A stretch of DNA of 64,000 bases from Ancylonema sp. (lineage: Eukaryota), in NCBI GenBank assembly GCA_050230475.1, contig JBFLGF010000125.1:1-64000 (forward strand), written 5' to 3'. Below, in pieces: positions 26,677 to 40,719 of this stretch (position 1 is its first letter; each line of letters opens with the position of its first letter). Below the pieces are notes generated by a model. The model searched no databases, was not told the origin of the DNA, and worked only from the letters and a program-made list of their open reading frames with translations. The position numbers were made by a program, and so were the translations under genes.

Positions 26677-28537
26677 TCAATTGCCTTTCCATATTTGTGG
26701 CTCTCTCCTCTCCCTGATCTCGAATGGCGGCGCGTCCCCCCTCAGGGAACTCCGCCGCACTTTCGTTTCCAGGATGGAGAAGGCCGCGGGGAGAGAGACC
26801 ACACTTCCCCCCAACTGATCTTCATCCAAAAGGTCATTGATGAGTGCTAGGTGGGGGAAGTCTTCGGTACCCCCAGAGGCTTCACTTCCTCGAAAGAGAG
26901 AGGGCGGGTGAGAGTTCTGTTCCGAGTTGATCCTGGGCGGGGGTGCGGGAGCATTTGACACTCTACGGGTGAGGCCATCCGTCCCGTTGATCAACGGCGG
27001 GTGGGTTTCATCAACGGTGTGGGCCCCCGTTTCGTGCGGCATTCCAGGCGGGTCCTCTTGTCTCTCCTCCCAACTCGCCACCTCCATCCGCAGCTGAAGC
27101 ACCTCCGCAGTCTGCACCCACCGACAAATGACCACAAATAGCGAGTCCCGAATCACCATCGCTCTCCATTTCTGGAAGTGAAGCACACCACAAACCTGCC
27201 CACAAACCTTTTCCTCCAACTGCCCCTCCAGCCACTCCACCCGCTGCCTCAGCTCCGCGATGCACGCGTCTGCCTCCCCTGACGCGCCGCCATTGATCCT
27301 CTCGGAAGCCTCTGGAAGATGGCCGCCGGTGTCACGGAGGGTGTGGGGTGGGGCGAGCAGCTGAGGGTCGTCCGAGGTGGAAGCGGAGGGCGTCTCTCCA
27401 CCCCCCCCCCCCGCCTCCGCCTCCTGCCTCTCCTCCTCCTCTGCCTCCCCCTCCTCCTCCCCCCTCGCCCCCCCCCCCTGCCTCTGCCTCTCCCTCTGAG
27501 CCGCCTCCTTCTTCCTCATCTTCGCCTGCTTCTTCTTGCTTCGCTTGGTCCGCTCCGCTGTCTCCATGGCCGCCTCCCTGTCCACCTCGCGCAGCAGCTC
27601 CTCCTGCCGCAGGAGGGAGAGGGCTTCGCGGTACGCCACCTCCACCCGCGTGGTGAAGAGGTGGGTGACCACCGCCACCTCGCAGCACAGCCGACCCAGC
27701 AGCGTCATCCAACACTCCTCACGCTGCACGCCCGCCCCGGCACCCGCTCCCGCCTCCTGCAGGGCGGACGGAAACGAGTGAGGCGCCACACGAGGTGGGG
27801 TGCGAGGTGGGGGGTGGGGTGGGAGGGGGAGGTGGGGGTCTCGCCTTGGCACGATGGAAGGCCTGCTTGTCTTCTGCCTTGTAGTGGTAGGCGGGCAGGG
27901 TCTGCCCTGCTGCCCTCTCTACCAGGACCAGGGCGTCTCCTTGAAGCACAAAGGCATCCCCCTCCCACCGCACCAGGGAACCGCTGTTGCCCTGGAGGGC
28001 CTGGATAAAACAAAGGAGCAGCCCAAGGAGCAGACAGATGTAGTCTTAAACAGTAGCATCCCTTGCAGCTTCAAGTTCAGCAGCAACACCAGCCGCAGCT
28101 TGAGCCACAGCCCTTGGAAAAAGGGTGGGGGAGAGTGGGGATCCCACCTTGCTTCCCGAGTAGAGTGCGTCGAGTACGAGGGGGGAGGTGACCTCCTTGT
28201 CGTTGGCGAACCGGAGCAGCAGGCCACGCAGAATGGTGTCGCACTTCTCGCGGACGAGCTGGGCTCGCATCTCCTCGTCCAGCTCCATCCAGAATGCCCG
28301 CATGCTGCCCCTCCCCGCCCCCGCCCCCGCCCCCCCTGTGACCCGCTGCTCCTGCCATCCAACTGCGAGCGGGACCCACCCACTCACCTTGCCCACTTGT
28401 GGCTGTCTTGCAGAAGCTTCCCTAGTTTCTCTCGCTTCTCTTCCACGAATCGGCGGCAAATGGCCTCCACGTTGGACAGGTAGACCTGGAGAGAAGGAGA
28501 GCCGTGGCGGAGGAGAAACGTGTGAGAGCATCACTCA

Positions 28538-28581
<44 letters not shown>

Positions 28582-29599
28582 GAGCACCACTTATTCGTGC
28601 GGTTTTATATGTGCGTTTATATTCTTAAGAGCAGCGTGGTTTGATTCGCTGTGGACCTGCGTGAGCTCCTGCCGATACTGCCAGTCCAGGCACCGGAACG
28701 GGCGGTTGGGATTCTCTTTGATGACCTGCACTTGGGCCTTGATGACCAGCGTATCCGCCAGGGTGAAGCCGTCGCGAATCTTACTCAGTTCCATGAACTT
28801 CTTCCACCCCCAGTCGTGCTCCTTCGTGCAGAAACGGTGAAGCGTGTCTGCTCGGGCGCGGAGAGGACGAGGACGCACAAGTGAGACATAGCCCCACAGG
28901 ACGAGCGGGGATAGCGAAGGGCGTGACGGACCTGAATATTTGGACTTCTTCGGATCTCGATTCACCACCGCAATTGTGAATTGGGCGAAGTGGTTCCACC
29001 CTGTTCAGAACCCTCAGAAACACCCCCTCAGATGCGTGGTGGAGATATGACCTGAAAGACGAAGCAGTCCTATGAGATAGTTGCCGGGCTGTACCAGGTA
29101 GAAGTTTGTCGTAGTCCGCTGTGCACAAGAAGAGAGACAGGTGGTTGCAAACGTCGCAGCCCTGCGGATACACGAGAATGTACCTGACAACGACACCTGG
29201 TCGAGGTCAATCTCGGAAACAGCTGCTCTTGGAATGCTTCTCTTGCATTCTCCCTGACTCACCACTTGTGACCTCCCACCTCAAATATATTGCTCCGGAG
29301 CTCCCGCTTACTAATTTCTGAAAAGGTTTCAATTTTCCAGGTGAACCGCCCGTACAGATCAGCTGGCCTAGGGCCACCTGCAGACAGAGTGCTGACAATG
29401 TATTAGAACCCTTCTCTTTCTGTCCCTGAACCTGTGCCCATAGATGGCGTTATAGTCCTGTTTCACCTGTATCACTGTCATCGTCACTGTCGAAGGACGA
29501 AGTGCCAGCAGTCAATTGCTCTCGTGGGACGACGGCGTTCTCTATTGCTGGAGGCGAAATAGTTTCTGCTGCCACTCCTGGTGCCATGCCGGGTGTCAT
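26677..29599 (-). CDS. MATH/TRAF-domain protein (At5g43560/TRAF1-like)
   Basis: Multi-exon. Motifs LYGRFTWKIETFSEISKRELRSNIFEVGGHKW, YPQGCDVCNHLSLFL, HFAQFTIAVVNRDPKKSKYS, LHRFCTKEHDWGWKKFMEL, RPFRCLDWQYRQEL, KEVTSPLVLDALYSG, VEVAYREALSLLRQEELLRE and DFPHLALINDLLDED. Start at 29599 or 29587. Confidence 0.9.
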
Positions 29600-30914
29600 A
29601 ATAACAATAACTGTTGTAGAAAAAGTCACTCCACGGAGTCTAAACCACTCTGAGACCACTAAGGAGGAAAGCTCAACAAAACTTCCAACGGCGGACGTAA
29701 ATGCGGGCGGCCCGGGTGGACGAGTGGGCGGGCGTTCTGTCGTTCGGACCAAAGTGGGGTACGAGCCGCTCGACAACAGTTTACGAGCGCGTACCGAGCG
29801 GGCTCAAATCCGTTCTCGCTCGGTACTAGGGTTGTAAATATGACGTAATCCGGGTTTCGGCGTCAGTAATACAGCCGTAATTTACGAATTACGGTAATAT
29901 CGTCATTTTACAAAAACCCACGTAATTTGACGATAGCCTTACATGTAAATCGTAATTAAGGTAATTACTCATTTACCGTCATGACGATTAAAATGTAAAA
30001 ATTACACCTACCAAATTTGGGACACTTGAGGCACGCCACAAGTTCCCCCCCCCCCCCCCCCCCCCCCCCTCCCCCCCCCCCCCCTCCTCCCGCTCCCCCC
30101 CTAAAATCTTCTCCCCGACGACAATCTCTCTGCGTGAGAGTGCCTGACAATCTATTGTCATCCTCGTGAAATAACATACTAGAACTTCCGCTGCAGATAC
30201 ACGATTGAGTAGACTACAACGTCATGAAGTCAACAACTACTTCTTAGTCGACAACATAGTCTCATCATTCTAGCGGACAACAATGTTATGTAGGTAGACG
30301 ATGCCATGAAAATCCAGTGATGGAATACCGCAATGACTAAATCCAGTGATTGAATCTCCATGCCGTTTTCGTCTTCTAGGCTGGAAGACGAAAAGAGGAC
30401 GATCCTTCTAGAGAATATATGACGACGGACGAACAATATTTGTGTATTTGTGTAGGTTGATGAAATCTTGTTTGTTGGGGAAACAAATTAAAATGAAGAG
30501 AATCAGTGTCATTGATTATTTGGAATATGTGTTTATGTGAGTGTGTGTGTGTGTGTGTGTGAATATCCTTGAAATGAAGACAATATACATTTTGTAAGTT
30601 ACGAAAAAATATATAAACATGATAGCAATGCAAGTTGATAGTAGGTTATTACATTTTGCTAAAAAATGCAAAGTTAACATTACATTTTTTGAAGGAGAAA
30701 AAGCCACAACTAGCACTAGAAGTAGGTTGAGGAAGAAATGGAACATTGGACTTGAGGGGAGATGATGCACTAAAACATGGGTGGAAATGAAAAATATGGT
30801 GTACTGATTTCAGAGGAAAGAGAAGAGAAGAGAAGATATGCTATTTTGGTACACATCTAGGTTATAACATCGAGAACTCCGTCTATGTTGGACAAATAAT
30901 TTTCAAACTACATA

Positions 30915-32063
30915 CAGTAAAACCTGTCTAAAGGAGAACTCTCGGGACCCGGATTTTGTATTCCTTTAGACAGGTTATTCACTTAGACAGTTTCGGCTTC
31001 AAATAATTTAAAACCCGTTCCTATATGCCTGCGACGTGAAACATGCTAGTACAGTGCAGTCTTGATATAGTGACACACTGTACAGTGACAATCGCGATAC
31101 AGTGACATTTTTTTTTGCCCTTTTTCTAATCCTATATAAAAACCTACTCTATATAGTGACAATCGCTATAGTGACACACTATAGTGACCAAAAAATCTCA
31201 GATTTTGGTATTGCGATGTCACAATACGGTGAACCCTGTCTAAATTTATACTGTGATAATTAATGTCTATTTTCATGCGTAATATTCCGCCCGAATTGTT
31301 TTTACCCAAATTGTGACGCGTAAATTAATAACCAGTCTAATTTCAATTGTTTTTTATGGTTCCAACATTAGTCATGTAGACAGGTTTTACTATAGCGAGA
31401 GGATGTTATAAACAAAAGCCGTTTAGATGAGCCACCTCCGTTAAAAATATTTCACTTTCTCTCGATATAGTGACATTTGCCTATTGTCGCCCTATCAAAT
31501 GTCACTATACAGTGTATAGTGACAGCCCTAGCATTCGATATAGTGACATTAAATCCCCGTGTCTATAAAATTATCACTATATCGAGACTGCACTGTATCG
31601 AGGTCAGAATCCGTTAAAACGTGTTTTGCAGCTTCCATTTGGGTTGCACGACAATATTTTGTCGTGTAGCTCGTTCCAAGAAACTGGGAGATGCTACAGA
31701 CCTACGAACATAATTTTCTGACGTTAAATTCGACGTGGCGGGCACTCGTACTACCTCCCTAAAGTATTGCCCGGTCGCAAATTTGTCGTGTAATGACTGC
31801 AATTGCAACTTCCCACAAATCTGGGAGACGCATATAACTGTACGGTAATGTAAAAACCTGTGTACGTATCTGTACGGATTTGTACGAGTCTGTACGAATT
31901 CCGTACATTATTCCTTTACACGTTCGCGGGCCGGGAAAAAATATTCCTTTAGAGTTATGCAGGTTTTGGAATAATTACACTCGCCCAACGTCGGGACCGG
32001 GATTTTTTATTCCATTAGAGAGGTTATTCCTTCAGGCAGTATTCCTTTAGACAGGTTTTACTA
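30915..32063. mobile_element. pogo/Tigger-like MITE nested in the hAT-like element
   Basis: TA|CAGTAAAACCTGTCTAAAGGA ... TCCTTTAGACAGGTTTTACTA|TA. Confidence 0.85.
31052..31595. mobile_element. pogo-like MITE nested in the previous MITE
   Basis: TA|CAGTGCAGTCTTGATATAGTGA ... TCACTATATCGAGACTGCACTG|TA; repeated ATAGTGACA motifs; inverted relative at 52203-52727. Confidence 0.88.
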
Positions 32064-32131
32064 TACATTTAATATTGATTGAAAAACACACAATGTACAA
32101 CGGCGGGGAGGGGGGGGGAGGACTTTCCACA

Positions 32132-32162
<31 letters not shown>

Positions 32163-33852
32163 CCAGCAACCCCTGTTAAAATCCTTACATATTACTTGTG
32201 ATCGCCATTTTGGCCATGTACTACGTTATTGAGAAAATCGACGTAATTTGTAAGATTATGGTAAGATTACCATAAAAAACGGTAATTGACGTAATACGTA
32301 ATGTAAAAGAAAACGTAAATGTAAAATTCACAACTTTACTCGGTACACGCTCGAGGCGAGGGAAACCATAATATCGGGACACTGGCAAAAGGCTAAAATT
32401 CGTTGTACAGGGGAGGCCGAGACCACTGTCTCACCGTAGGTTTTCGTCATTCCTGACGCCTAGGCGTTCCTGACTAGCGTTGTGACATTACCGTACTTTT
32501 GGGTTTGACTGTACTAATTACGGTAAAAATACGCGTAACGTAAGATCACGTTTTCTTTGTGTAAATTACCATCGGTCTAAACGTAAAGTGTAAATTGAAA
32601 AGGGGTAAATTACACCCACGGGTAATGTTGATGAATTCAACTCTAATACGGTTACGGTGTAATTACGATTTATATATCTAACCATGAAGTAACTATAAAT
32701 GATGATATAGCGTCAGAGCGGGGCATCCCGCTCTTGATGTGCTAGGTAATCTACTTTGGGGGGCTTTGTATATGATAATGAATAGGAAGTTTTTTTATAT
32801 ATAAATAATGTGGAGGTGTTGAACGCCTAAAATTGGAGGAGGAGACCGTGGAGATTGCAAGAGACGAAGAAGTCAAAGAAGTCGAAGTAGTCGAAGAAGT
32901 CGAAGAGCTCATAGAGGACTACAATGTTCTTGAGGAGTAAAAACAGAGTAATTGCGACCTCACTATGTGGCGGTTATTGTATTCAAGTGATTTCGGTATA
33001 TGGCCCGAATGATCACCTCGCTTGTCATAGATATGTTGCATTCTGGACAATACAATGGAAACTTTGCTCCTATTGAATGGTTTTTGTTTACCAACTAAAA
33101 CCCCCCCCCCACCTTCAAAGAGTGATGTTTAAGTGTTTTACGCATTATCTAAAGTGAAGATAATTCAATGACATATAAAAATGAATTTATGACACATTTT
33201 GATTTCGACACCGCATACAAAAAGTGCATTGCAAACCGCAATCACGAGTTACCCGAGTTGCATGAGTAAGTTTTGTACAATTGAGCCATGAATACATGAG
33301 CTTTGGGTTTCAGGGACAAATCGTGAAAAGTAGGGTTTCGTGAAAAAATATACTTCAATATTTTTTTGGTTCAATTGGTTATTTTACCTCCAGTTCAATA
33401 AAAAGAGCTCGATTTTTTTTTTTAATTGTGGCCCAAGTAATGAGAATAACCCTGGAAATTGTGTGAAGTTTTGATTTTTTTTTGGGTTCCGGACGCGATC
33501 CGGGGTCCCGAACGCGTCTGGGGCTGGACTAGTCGCGGAGTCCTCCGCTATGCACACGTCCGGGATCCAACTATGCATTGAGTAGGGTGAGTTCATCCCA
33601 TGATTGTGCGTCATGCGCTAGCAAAAATCATGAAAGAGCTATCATGATACCGAGTTGTGGGACAAATTTTGGTCATTTATGTGATACTTGATAACGGGTA
33701 CGTAATTGATTGCTTCCACTATGACATCTATCTTTCCCTCCTAGTCAAGACCGTTGAAGGGGCGATATAGGTGATGGCATACATAACTAGATGATGAGAG
33801 TGGGGCATCATATAAGAAGCCGGGCACCCATATCCATACTACATACCTAGCA

Positions 33853-33893
33853 TACATCCTACATCCTACATCCTAAATCCTACATCCTACATC
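33853..33893. repeat. (TACATCC)n heptamer repeat
   Basis: Directly visible, ~300 bp downstream of the BC10-like stop codon. Confidence 0.85.
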
Positions 33894-34195
33894 TTTGTTA
33901 ACCTTCTACTCACAACAAGTGGTTGTTGCTTCTGACCTACCTAACTATTCACTTTTCAATGGAAACATAGTTGCACCTTGTGTGCAACCCTATGCGTGCT
34001 TCTTAACCTCAACGTTGTTATTGTTGTCACAAACGATTTTTACCCTTCTTCAAGTGTCCCTTTGTGCCCAACTTAAAAGAGCTCACTAACATATTCTAAC
34101 CACAACCTACAAAATCTTCCCCTCCCAACATAAATTGGAAGCAACTTTACTTTCGCCACAATCCACACCCACATCTTCGCTCGTCTCTCTCCTCT

Positions 34196-37100
34196 CTAGT
34201 ATCCAATCACGTCTTTTAAATCTGTGAGCGCTTCAATTGCACCCTCGCCAAACTTTCGCGCAAACAGATAACATGGCGACGGTAAACCGTTGAGGGTGCA
34301 AGGCGTGGGGAGAGACATTTTTATAAACTCTATGGTTTCAATGGGGGGGGTTTCGCTTTGCTGCATTAAAAAAAAAACGTAACAAAAGTCAGCCACTCGT
34401 AACTGCCATCAACATTGTATATTTGCACGGCATTAGCCTCCACTCTCTCTATGTGCCCTTAGCAATAGAAATCCTGCGAGCTCCCAAAACTTATCGATTT
34501 TCGTCAAACCGTCGTTATTTCATCTTCCAATCTCCAAATCTCAATATGAAATCAAACTGCATCTTCCGTTAGAGATACCTCTTCATCAGCTTGGATGTCT
34601 GAATCGAGTGAGGTCCATTTTTTTCTATGGGGTCGAGTCTCCTTTCCACACATACGACGTTTCACACCTCTGAGTTTGTAACAAAAGTTGTGACATGGTT
34701 GCAACATATTGTGGTACAAAACCCACCACAAAGATTGGAACAATATGTTTGTTCAAAGGCGAGACTCCACTTTCATCGCTAGATTCAGATTCAGGCTTAA
34801 GGATTAGGTTCATTGGTTGACCTGGATGGCCAACACAAAATTTCTTGTGATGTCTTTCCTGTGGTAGGTGAGTGGGTGCCTGGAGGAGGTGAAGCGCCAG
34901 TGGACGTACTCCACGCCACGCATGACAACGTGGTCGGGATCCAGAAGCTGCCACGTCACCACCACCAAAGGCGTCAGAGAATCCAGTAAAGCTTGTTGTC
35001 CTCCCTCTCTATCTCTCTATCTATCTAAGTGCTGATTGTTCATCTTTCATCGCGCATCGTTCGTCGTTCATTGCTTGTTATTTTTCATTCATCATCAATC
35101 GTTCATCGTCCATCGTTCATCATCCATCGTTCATCGTCCATCGTTCATCGTTCATCGTTCATGTATCATCACTGCGGTATGATCTATAGAACCATCATGA
35201 GGTCCAGTTGCTCTCACTGGCAGCATTGTCTGTATGTAGCTTTCATCCGGGATCTGCACCCAACCCCAGCAGGACAACCGGAATCCAATCAGCAGCCGCG
35301 GGATGCACTTTGCTCCCCTCCTGACAACCTCCAAACCCTCAAACTCTAAGATTTCTACCTCTCAAACCCTCGAAAGACCCTGATGATTCTCCCTTTCCCC
35401 CATCTTACATCCGCGTGCGTTTCCAGGAACTTTTCGTAGTACGTCGTGTCGTTGACCACCAAGAAGGCGTGGTGACGGATGAGAGTGAGCCACTGCAATC
35501 CCCACCCAACTTTCCAAACAATCAGTTGCTTGTTCCGACACAATTTTGGTAGATCCAAACATCAACCCCCCTTCCCTGCCCTCTTGTGAAACCAAATCTA
35601 TATCGCACACATCCACAGCTGTCAAGGACAGACCCCCCCTGTTGTTTTCACCTGGGAACCCTTCTTGAACTGACTGCGTCCAATGAGCGGCGCCATGGCG
35701 GACTTGTACCTCCACGAGCTTTTGTGGCTGCCACGTCAGCAGTGAGATTGTGAGCGGACGGGTGAAAGTCAACCGGCGGGGTTTGACTTTCTGTGAAACA
35801 GAAGAGGCGGTACCTGGTAACGAAACTGGAGTTGACTGCGAAGAGGTAGTTGTACACATGAGTGAAGTTGTGGATGGGCAAACACCTGGCACACCCCACC
35901 GCCACGTCAGCACAGCCACGTCAGCACAGCCACGTCATTACAGCCACGTCTGAGGATCACTAGAAAACACCATATTGGATTACCCCACCAACCCCCCCTA
36001 CACACCCCCCCACTCCCACCGCGAGAAGCAGTCCCTTGCTCCCACCCTGCTGCCAACCCCACAGTTTACGGCAGACACTCACGCTTCGGAGACGAGCACG
36101 AATCTTTGATTCAGAGGGTCCGCTAGTGCTGCCGCTAGTAACCTCCTCTCTGCTCGAACCATGTTCGGACCCCCCCACATGATCTGGCATTCACACAAGG
36201 AAAAGCAGCGAGCAGTGCATGAGAGCAAATGTGGACCTTACTTCTTCCCATGGTTCTGAATCTCATGATATCTGCTGCAAGGGGTCGTTGTTTGGGTTTT
36301 GGGGGGGGGGGGGGTTACCTGTACACCTGGAATTTGTCTCCCTTTGAATATGGGGGAAGTGACAACGGTATCCGTTTCGAATTGCGGCGTGGAGGCATGT
36401 ATGTAGATCGAGTACCTCGCTTCCTCTCTCTGCATGCAGAGGCAGAACAGGAATGATGACACTGCGAGATCAGGACACAGGATCACTACTGTACTGGTCC
36501 CGATTAATCGCGGCAGACGGATTGATTGATTCAGGGCGACTCGGCCATCTTAATTTTAAAACCTAGACTCGTTCCTGGCTGACAGCCCACAGTCTAGACC
36601 CCGAGCCCTGCAACCCACCGCCTAAAACCCCAGCGTTTGCAGTACAGGCTTCACCCTCTTTGGGGTCACAGAAACGATAAGTACAGCCTATCCAGCTGGG
36701 ATGAGGGAGGGGCATGTTCTTGGAGGCTACGCAGAACAACGGTCAACAATCAATGGTCAACGGTCAACGGTCAACGGTCAACGGTCAAAGCTCATATGAA
36801 ACCAATCTTGACATCATGCAGGTCAAGTCGCGTAAGTATAGCGAATCATCGCTGGACTACATCTGTCGGGCGGCGTAGCGACATCAAATACACACATGAA
36901 GGGCAGAGCGACCGCATAGGATTGAGGAGTCAATTGAGTTCTTTCGATGATTTAAATGGTTCCAATTCCACTCATCCGTGGACGCCACTGCGCAATAACA
37001 CAAACCCGTGGTACCCCTCGCTGACACATTCCTACGATGACAGCTGGCTTTATTTAGGCGCCGAATACTATAGAGGTAGCAGTTTGCAATTTGGTTCCAT

Positions 37101-37697
37101 ACCCTGAACGCTTCTCTCGAAAATACGCGTTACATGCAGGGCCGGTATAACTTTTGGTATGCCCCGGGACCCGAACCATACTTGCCCTGCTATAAAGCGG
37201 TATGCCGGCCAAAGCTTCCTCCCTTCCTGACGGATGGTGACTTCAATTTAGGATCTCGAGTCACATTTCATTGTCCGGGCGGTAACGAAAATCAGGAATC
37301 CACTTCGCACACCCTTCAGTCTTCAGTTGTAACGACCAACTCCCAGATAGTGTACAGATTCTGGTTTAGGGTGATGGGGTGCAAGAATCAGTACCTCCAA
37401 AAAGCGCACCCAAAGAGCTTCCAGGGGTATACGTCCTCGAATGAGAAACAAAAAAGCAATCTTCGCGGGAGGGGAGGGCTTGCTGATGGACACCTGCGCC
37501 GGATCTGTGGACAGCGCCTTCCGAAAGAGTTCCTTGTCTACATTATCCAAAAATCCGGTATCCCAGCTTGGTTGCCGCTCGCCCTGACCGCTCGATACTA
37601 CTATAAAGATCGTTACTACAGGAATGAGTAAATAGAGCGAAAAAATCCGGAGTGCAATTCCGGCCGCATGGCCCTGAGCCATAGGGTCGGCCGACAT
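34196..37697 (-). CDS. Core-2/I-branching-type (BC10/DUF266) glycosyltransferase
   Basis: Multi-exon. N-terminal TM, KIAFLFLIRGRIPLEALWVRFLE, RYSIYIHAS, WGGPNMVRAERRLLAAALADPLNQRFVLVSEACLPIHNF, QWLTLIRHHAFLVVND, PDESYIQT, HPLTY and CYLFARKF. The 5' end is uncertain; the frame stays open upstream of 37697 to a possible acceptor near 37811. Confidence 0.88.
35040..35160. repeat. Degenerate (TCATCGT)n heptamer repeat, intronic
   Basis: Directly visible. Confidence 0.8.
36737..36788. repeat. (CAACGGT)n heptamer repeat, intronic
   Basis: Directly visible. Confidence 0.85.
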
Positions 37698-38575
37698 TAC
37701 CGCCGCCAAGAGCGGGACGCCGTCGTTTTCGAGCGCGTCCTTGAACGTACGTGACTCTTTGGGGAGGGGGACAGGAGGGCGATTTGTTACTCGACTTTCC
37801 TGCCTACCGCTGCAGACGAATGGTCGGTATTAGAGAGGCAGGCGAGTAGAGAGGATTCCACCCCGGTTCAAGATGCTCAGGCAGCTGTCGAGGGATTCCA
37901 TTACATCCACTTTGGTGTTACTCTCACTGTATAAAATATTGTTACACCTGCTGAAACTGAAACTGTAGAAATGAATCGTCTACTTGTCATTATTTTTTTC
38001 CCTTGAACGGAATTCACGTGCCCGTTACCATATGATAACCTTATTATAATTTTTCAAGAGGGGCTGACGAAGCGATGAAGAATGGACGACAGAGTGAGTG
38101 CGACAGTGAGTGCCCACTCAAGACTATGGAGGCTGGATTGTGCATTGTTAGTCAACTACCATTTCTCTGATGTCACTGATGTCAATGATGTCAGTGCCGG
38201 AAACAGCGTCCCTCAACGTTCGCCTCCCGTTATAAGCTGTTGGACTTTGTTAAGCGTTCTCCTCCCGTTACTCCCGCTGTTTTGTTTTTTGGAGTCATTT
38301 TTGGCGTTCCCTGTGGACGTTGCCCCCTGCTCCTGACTTGAAGCCGTACAGCCGTTGATGAAATGGCCCGCAGCCAGCTCAGGGGACCTCGAACCAATGA
38401 GATGACGAGCCAGCACAGCCCCCCAAAGCGTACGAATCGAACAGGATTGTGTCCCTTTCGCGCACAAAAACCTGTTCCTGGTCGTCGCGGCGGGTCCCTC
38501 CGAATCCATTTCTGGCCACTTTTTCTCGTGGGCCTCCGTCGGTACTATCAAGCGAGCGAACACCGTAAATATCTA

Positions 38576-39208
38576 CCGTACTGGGCACCCTTCATGATTT
38601 CTGTGTTTCCAAAATTAATTATTTTCGTAATGATTTTTCAAAATGATCCCGGGATTCCGTAAGTTATTATCGATGATTTCTGGTAATGATTCCATGAATC
38701 CGTTAGTGATTATCAATGAGTTTTGGGGATGATTCCGGATTTTAGGAATAAAATGCGTAAAATAATTCCTTGTTTAGGAATTAAAAATCAAATGATTTGT
38801 CAGTATCTGGGTCATTCTTACATATTTACCGTACATTTTGACGTCACAAGTGCACGTGGCAAGCACTCGTACTAGTCGCGATATCTTGACCGGCCACAAT
38901 TTTTTCGTTATCGTTGGTCATACTTTGTCCCATATCGTGGGACTTTGGGGCCCGGTACGTAGTTTGTGACGTCGTAAATGTTGCTCGTCCAAAAAGTTGT
39001 CCTTTTGCACGTGCCTACTTTGTCGTGTACCCCGTTTCATCACATCTATAGTCACATACAGGTGACCCCGAATTTCCCGTAAATGATTCCTAAAACGGAT
39101 TTTATTAATGATTTTGAATATCCTTTTTCTACCATTTAGTAATTAATTTAAATGATTACTTTCGGGTATCAATAATTAATTACAACTCATTTACGGTGCC
39201 CAGTACGG
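38576..39208. mobile_element. CCGTA-ended Tc1/mariner (Tc2/pogo-like) MITE
   Basis: TA|CCGTACTGGGCACC ... GGTGCCCAGTACGG|TA; internal AATGATT repeats. Confidence 0.85.
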
Positions 39209-40153
39209 TATACTGGGTCGTGGCCGCGGCGGAACCCTTGGTGGGTCGTCGAGATCCTCTCCTCACCTGTTCGCTGTATATGGTGGGCCTCCGCCGGTTC
39301 TAGCAAGGTGGAAAATAAGACAAGGCTCTCTACCTAGTCGTCGTCGCGACGGATGCGGAACTAGGGCGGGTCAATATTTCTCTTTTTGTAATTAATATCT
39401 CTGAAATCTGCTAATTTTTGCAAGTGTAATGGTCCGGATTGGAAAAAAAAAATAAAACAATGATCAATATTTTAATCTTAAACAAATAGCGTTCTTTGCT
39501 AATGTCAGGTTGTTTAGATTTGCATCATATTCTTGATACTTGTGTGCCCGCATTTGTAAATTGCAACTTTGAATCCTTATCGTACGTACGATTGAAACTT
39601 GATCAGCTATGGTCAGGTAGGCCACTAAGATAGGATCTCTCGCGGTCAACCAACATTTCTACACACCAAATCTGGACTTTCTTGATTGGAATAGAAAGTC
39701 CAGTCGTCTAGAGACTTGCCAACTCCTTGAGATTTCGCAAGCGGTTTCAGTCCGTCATTCTCAAATCGAGGAGGGTTAAAATGTGCTAATTTGTCTGCCA
39801 CTCCACGGAGTTTAGATTTTATAACATTGAGGCCGGTTTCAAAAAAATCATTTCCAGATGGTCATCCGGTAAATCTTACACTGTGTATAACCTTCGGGTT
39901 GCACTCTCCCTATACTTTACTCAATTGGGAAGGTTGTTCACTTACCCAGTGATATTACCCCCACATTTAATCGGGTGACGCGTTGACTTGGAAGTTGTCT
40001 TACCCCGATCATAGTAATCAAGTAGTGCCTGTACGAAGGACATTACTCGACTACTTTGCCCACTTCATGTCAAAGCCATCAAGTTTTTTAGACCATATTT
40101 TTTAACAACTAAGCTCGGTCCCTTCCCTTTTGTCAAGACCTTTTGGCACGGCT

Positions 40154-40454
40154 TGTTAGGACCCTCGCTACAGTCACTAGGGCTCCCTAACGAGGTCCCC
40201 ACACTTAGCGCTAGAGCGCTACTAGCTCAATTTTCCCTATAGCGTGTTCTGTCCCTATATAGTGAGAGTTGTGTCCCTAGCGGCCGTCTGGCCCCTAGGG
40301 AGTATTCTGATGTGTCCTTAGCTCTGGCAGTTGTGCCTTTTATCCAGACTTGATGTGTCATTACCATATTCAGATCCCAGATTGATCCTAGAGTCGACTA
40401 GGGTCGACTTTCCTATATCTAGTCCATAGGAATGCCTCTAGAGCATTCCTATCA
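40154..40454 (+). mobile_element. LTR-like repeat (family shared with 1-86)
   Basis: TGTTAGGA...TCCTATCA termini; left end defined by homology to 1-86; no TSD found, so the right end is uncertain. Confidence 0.55.
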
Positions 40455-40719
40455 ACCAACTCATGTACTTGCACTCACTCTCCGAGTTGACCATTATTAC
40501 CAAAACCAAAACATCCAAACATCCTTTCCGGCTTCGGCCACCATTGCCATTCCGGCAGCTATTGTGCATTGCAATTAGCTTGCTAGGGACGTCTTTGCAT
40601 CCGCCCCTAACATTGTGCTCACGGTCTTCCAGATCTATATTACAATTCAACGTTGCTCTCTCCCGATCCGAGAGAGCCCCACGGCCCAGATCTTACCACG
40701 CCTATCTAGGGGAAGAACG

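Larger units (their letters stand above)
29827..32338. mobile_element. Non-autonomous hAT-like DNA transposon
   Basis: Perfect 8-bp TSD CTCGGTAC (29819-29826 / 32339-32346); imperfect TIRs TAGGGTTGTAAAT...ATTCACAACTTTA; GTAAT/TTAC-rich subterminal motifs at both ends. Confidence 0.8.

Noticed and set aside
27319..28628. Several Pro/Gly-rich plus-strand ORFs
   Set aside because: Antisense shadows of the MATH/TRAF gene and G-rich introns.
32475..32690. Possible second small hAT-like element
   Set aside because: Subterminal-like motifs present but no matching TSD found.
34820..34870. Apparent GA splice donor in the BC10-like gene
   Set aside because: The exon continues (HRKDITRNFVLAIQ) to a normal CAG|GT donor.
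38213..38563. 116-aa minus-strand ORF upstream of the BC10-like gene
   Set aside because: No recognisable domain; may be 5' exon/UTR sequence but cannot be supported.
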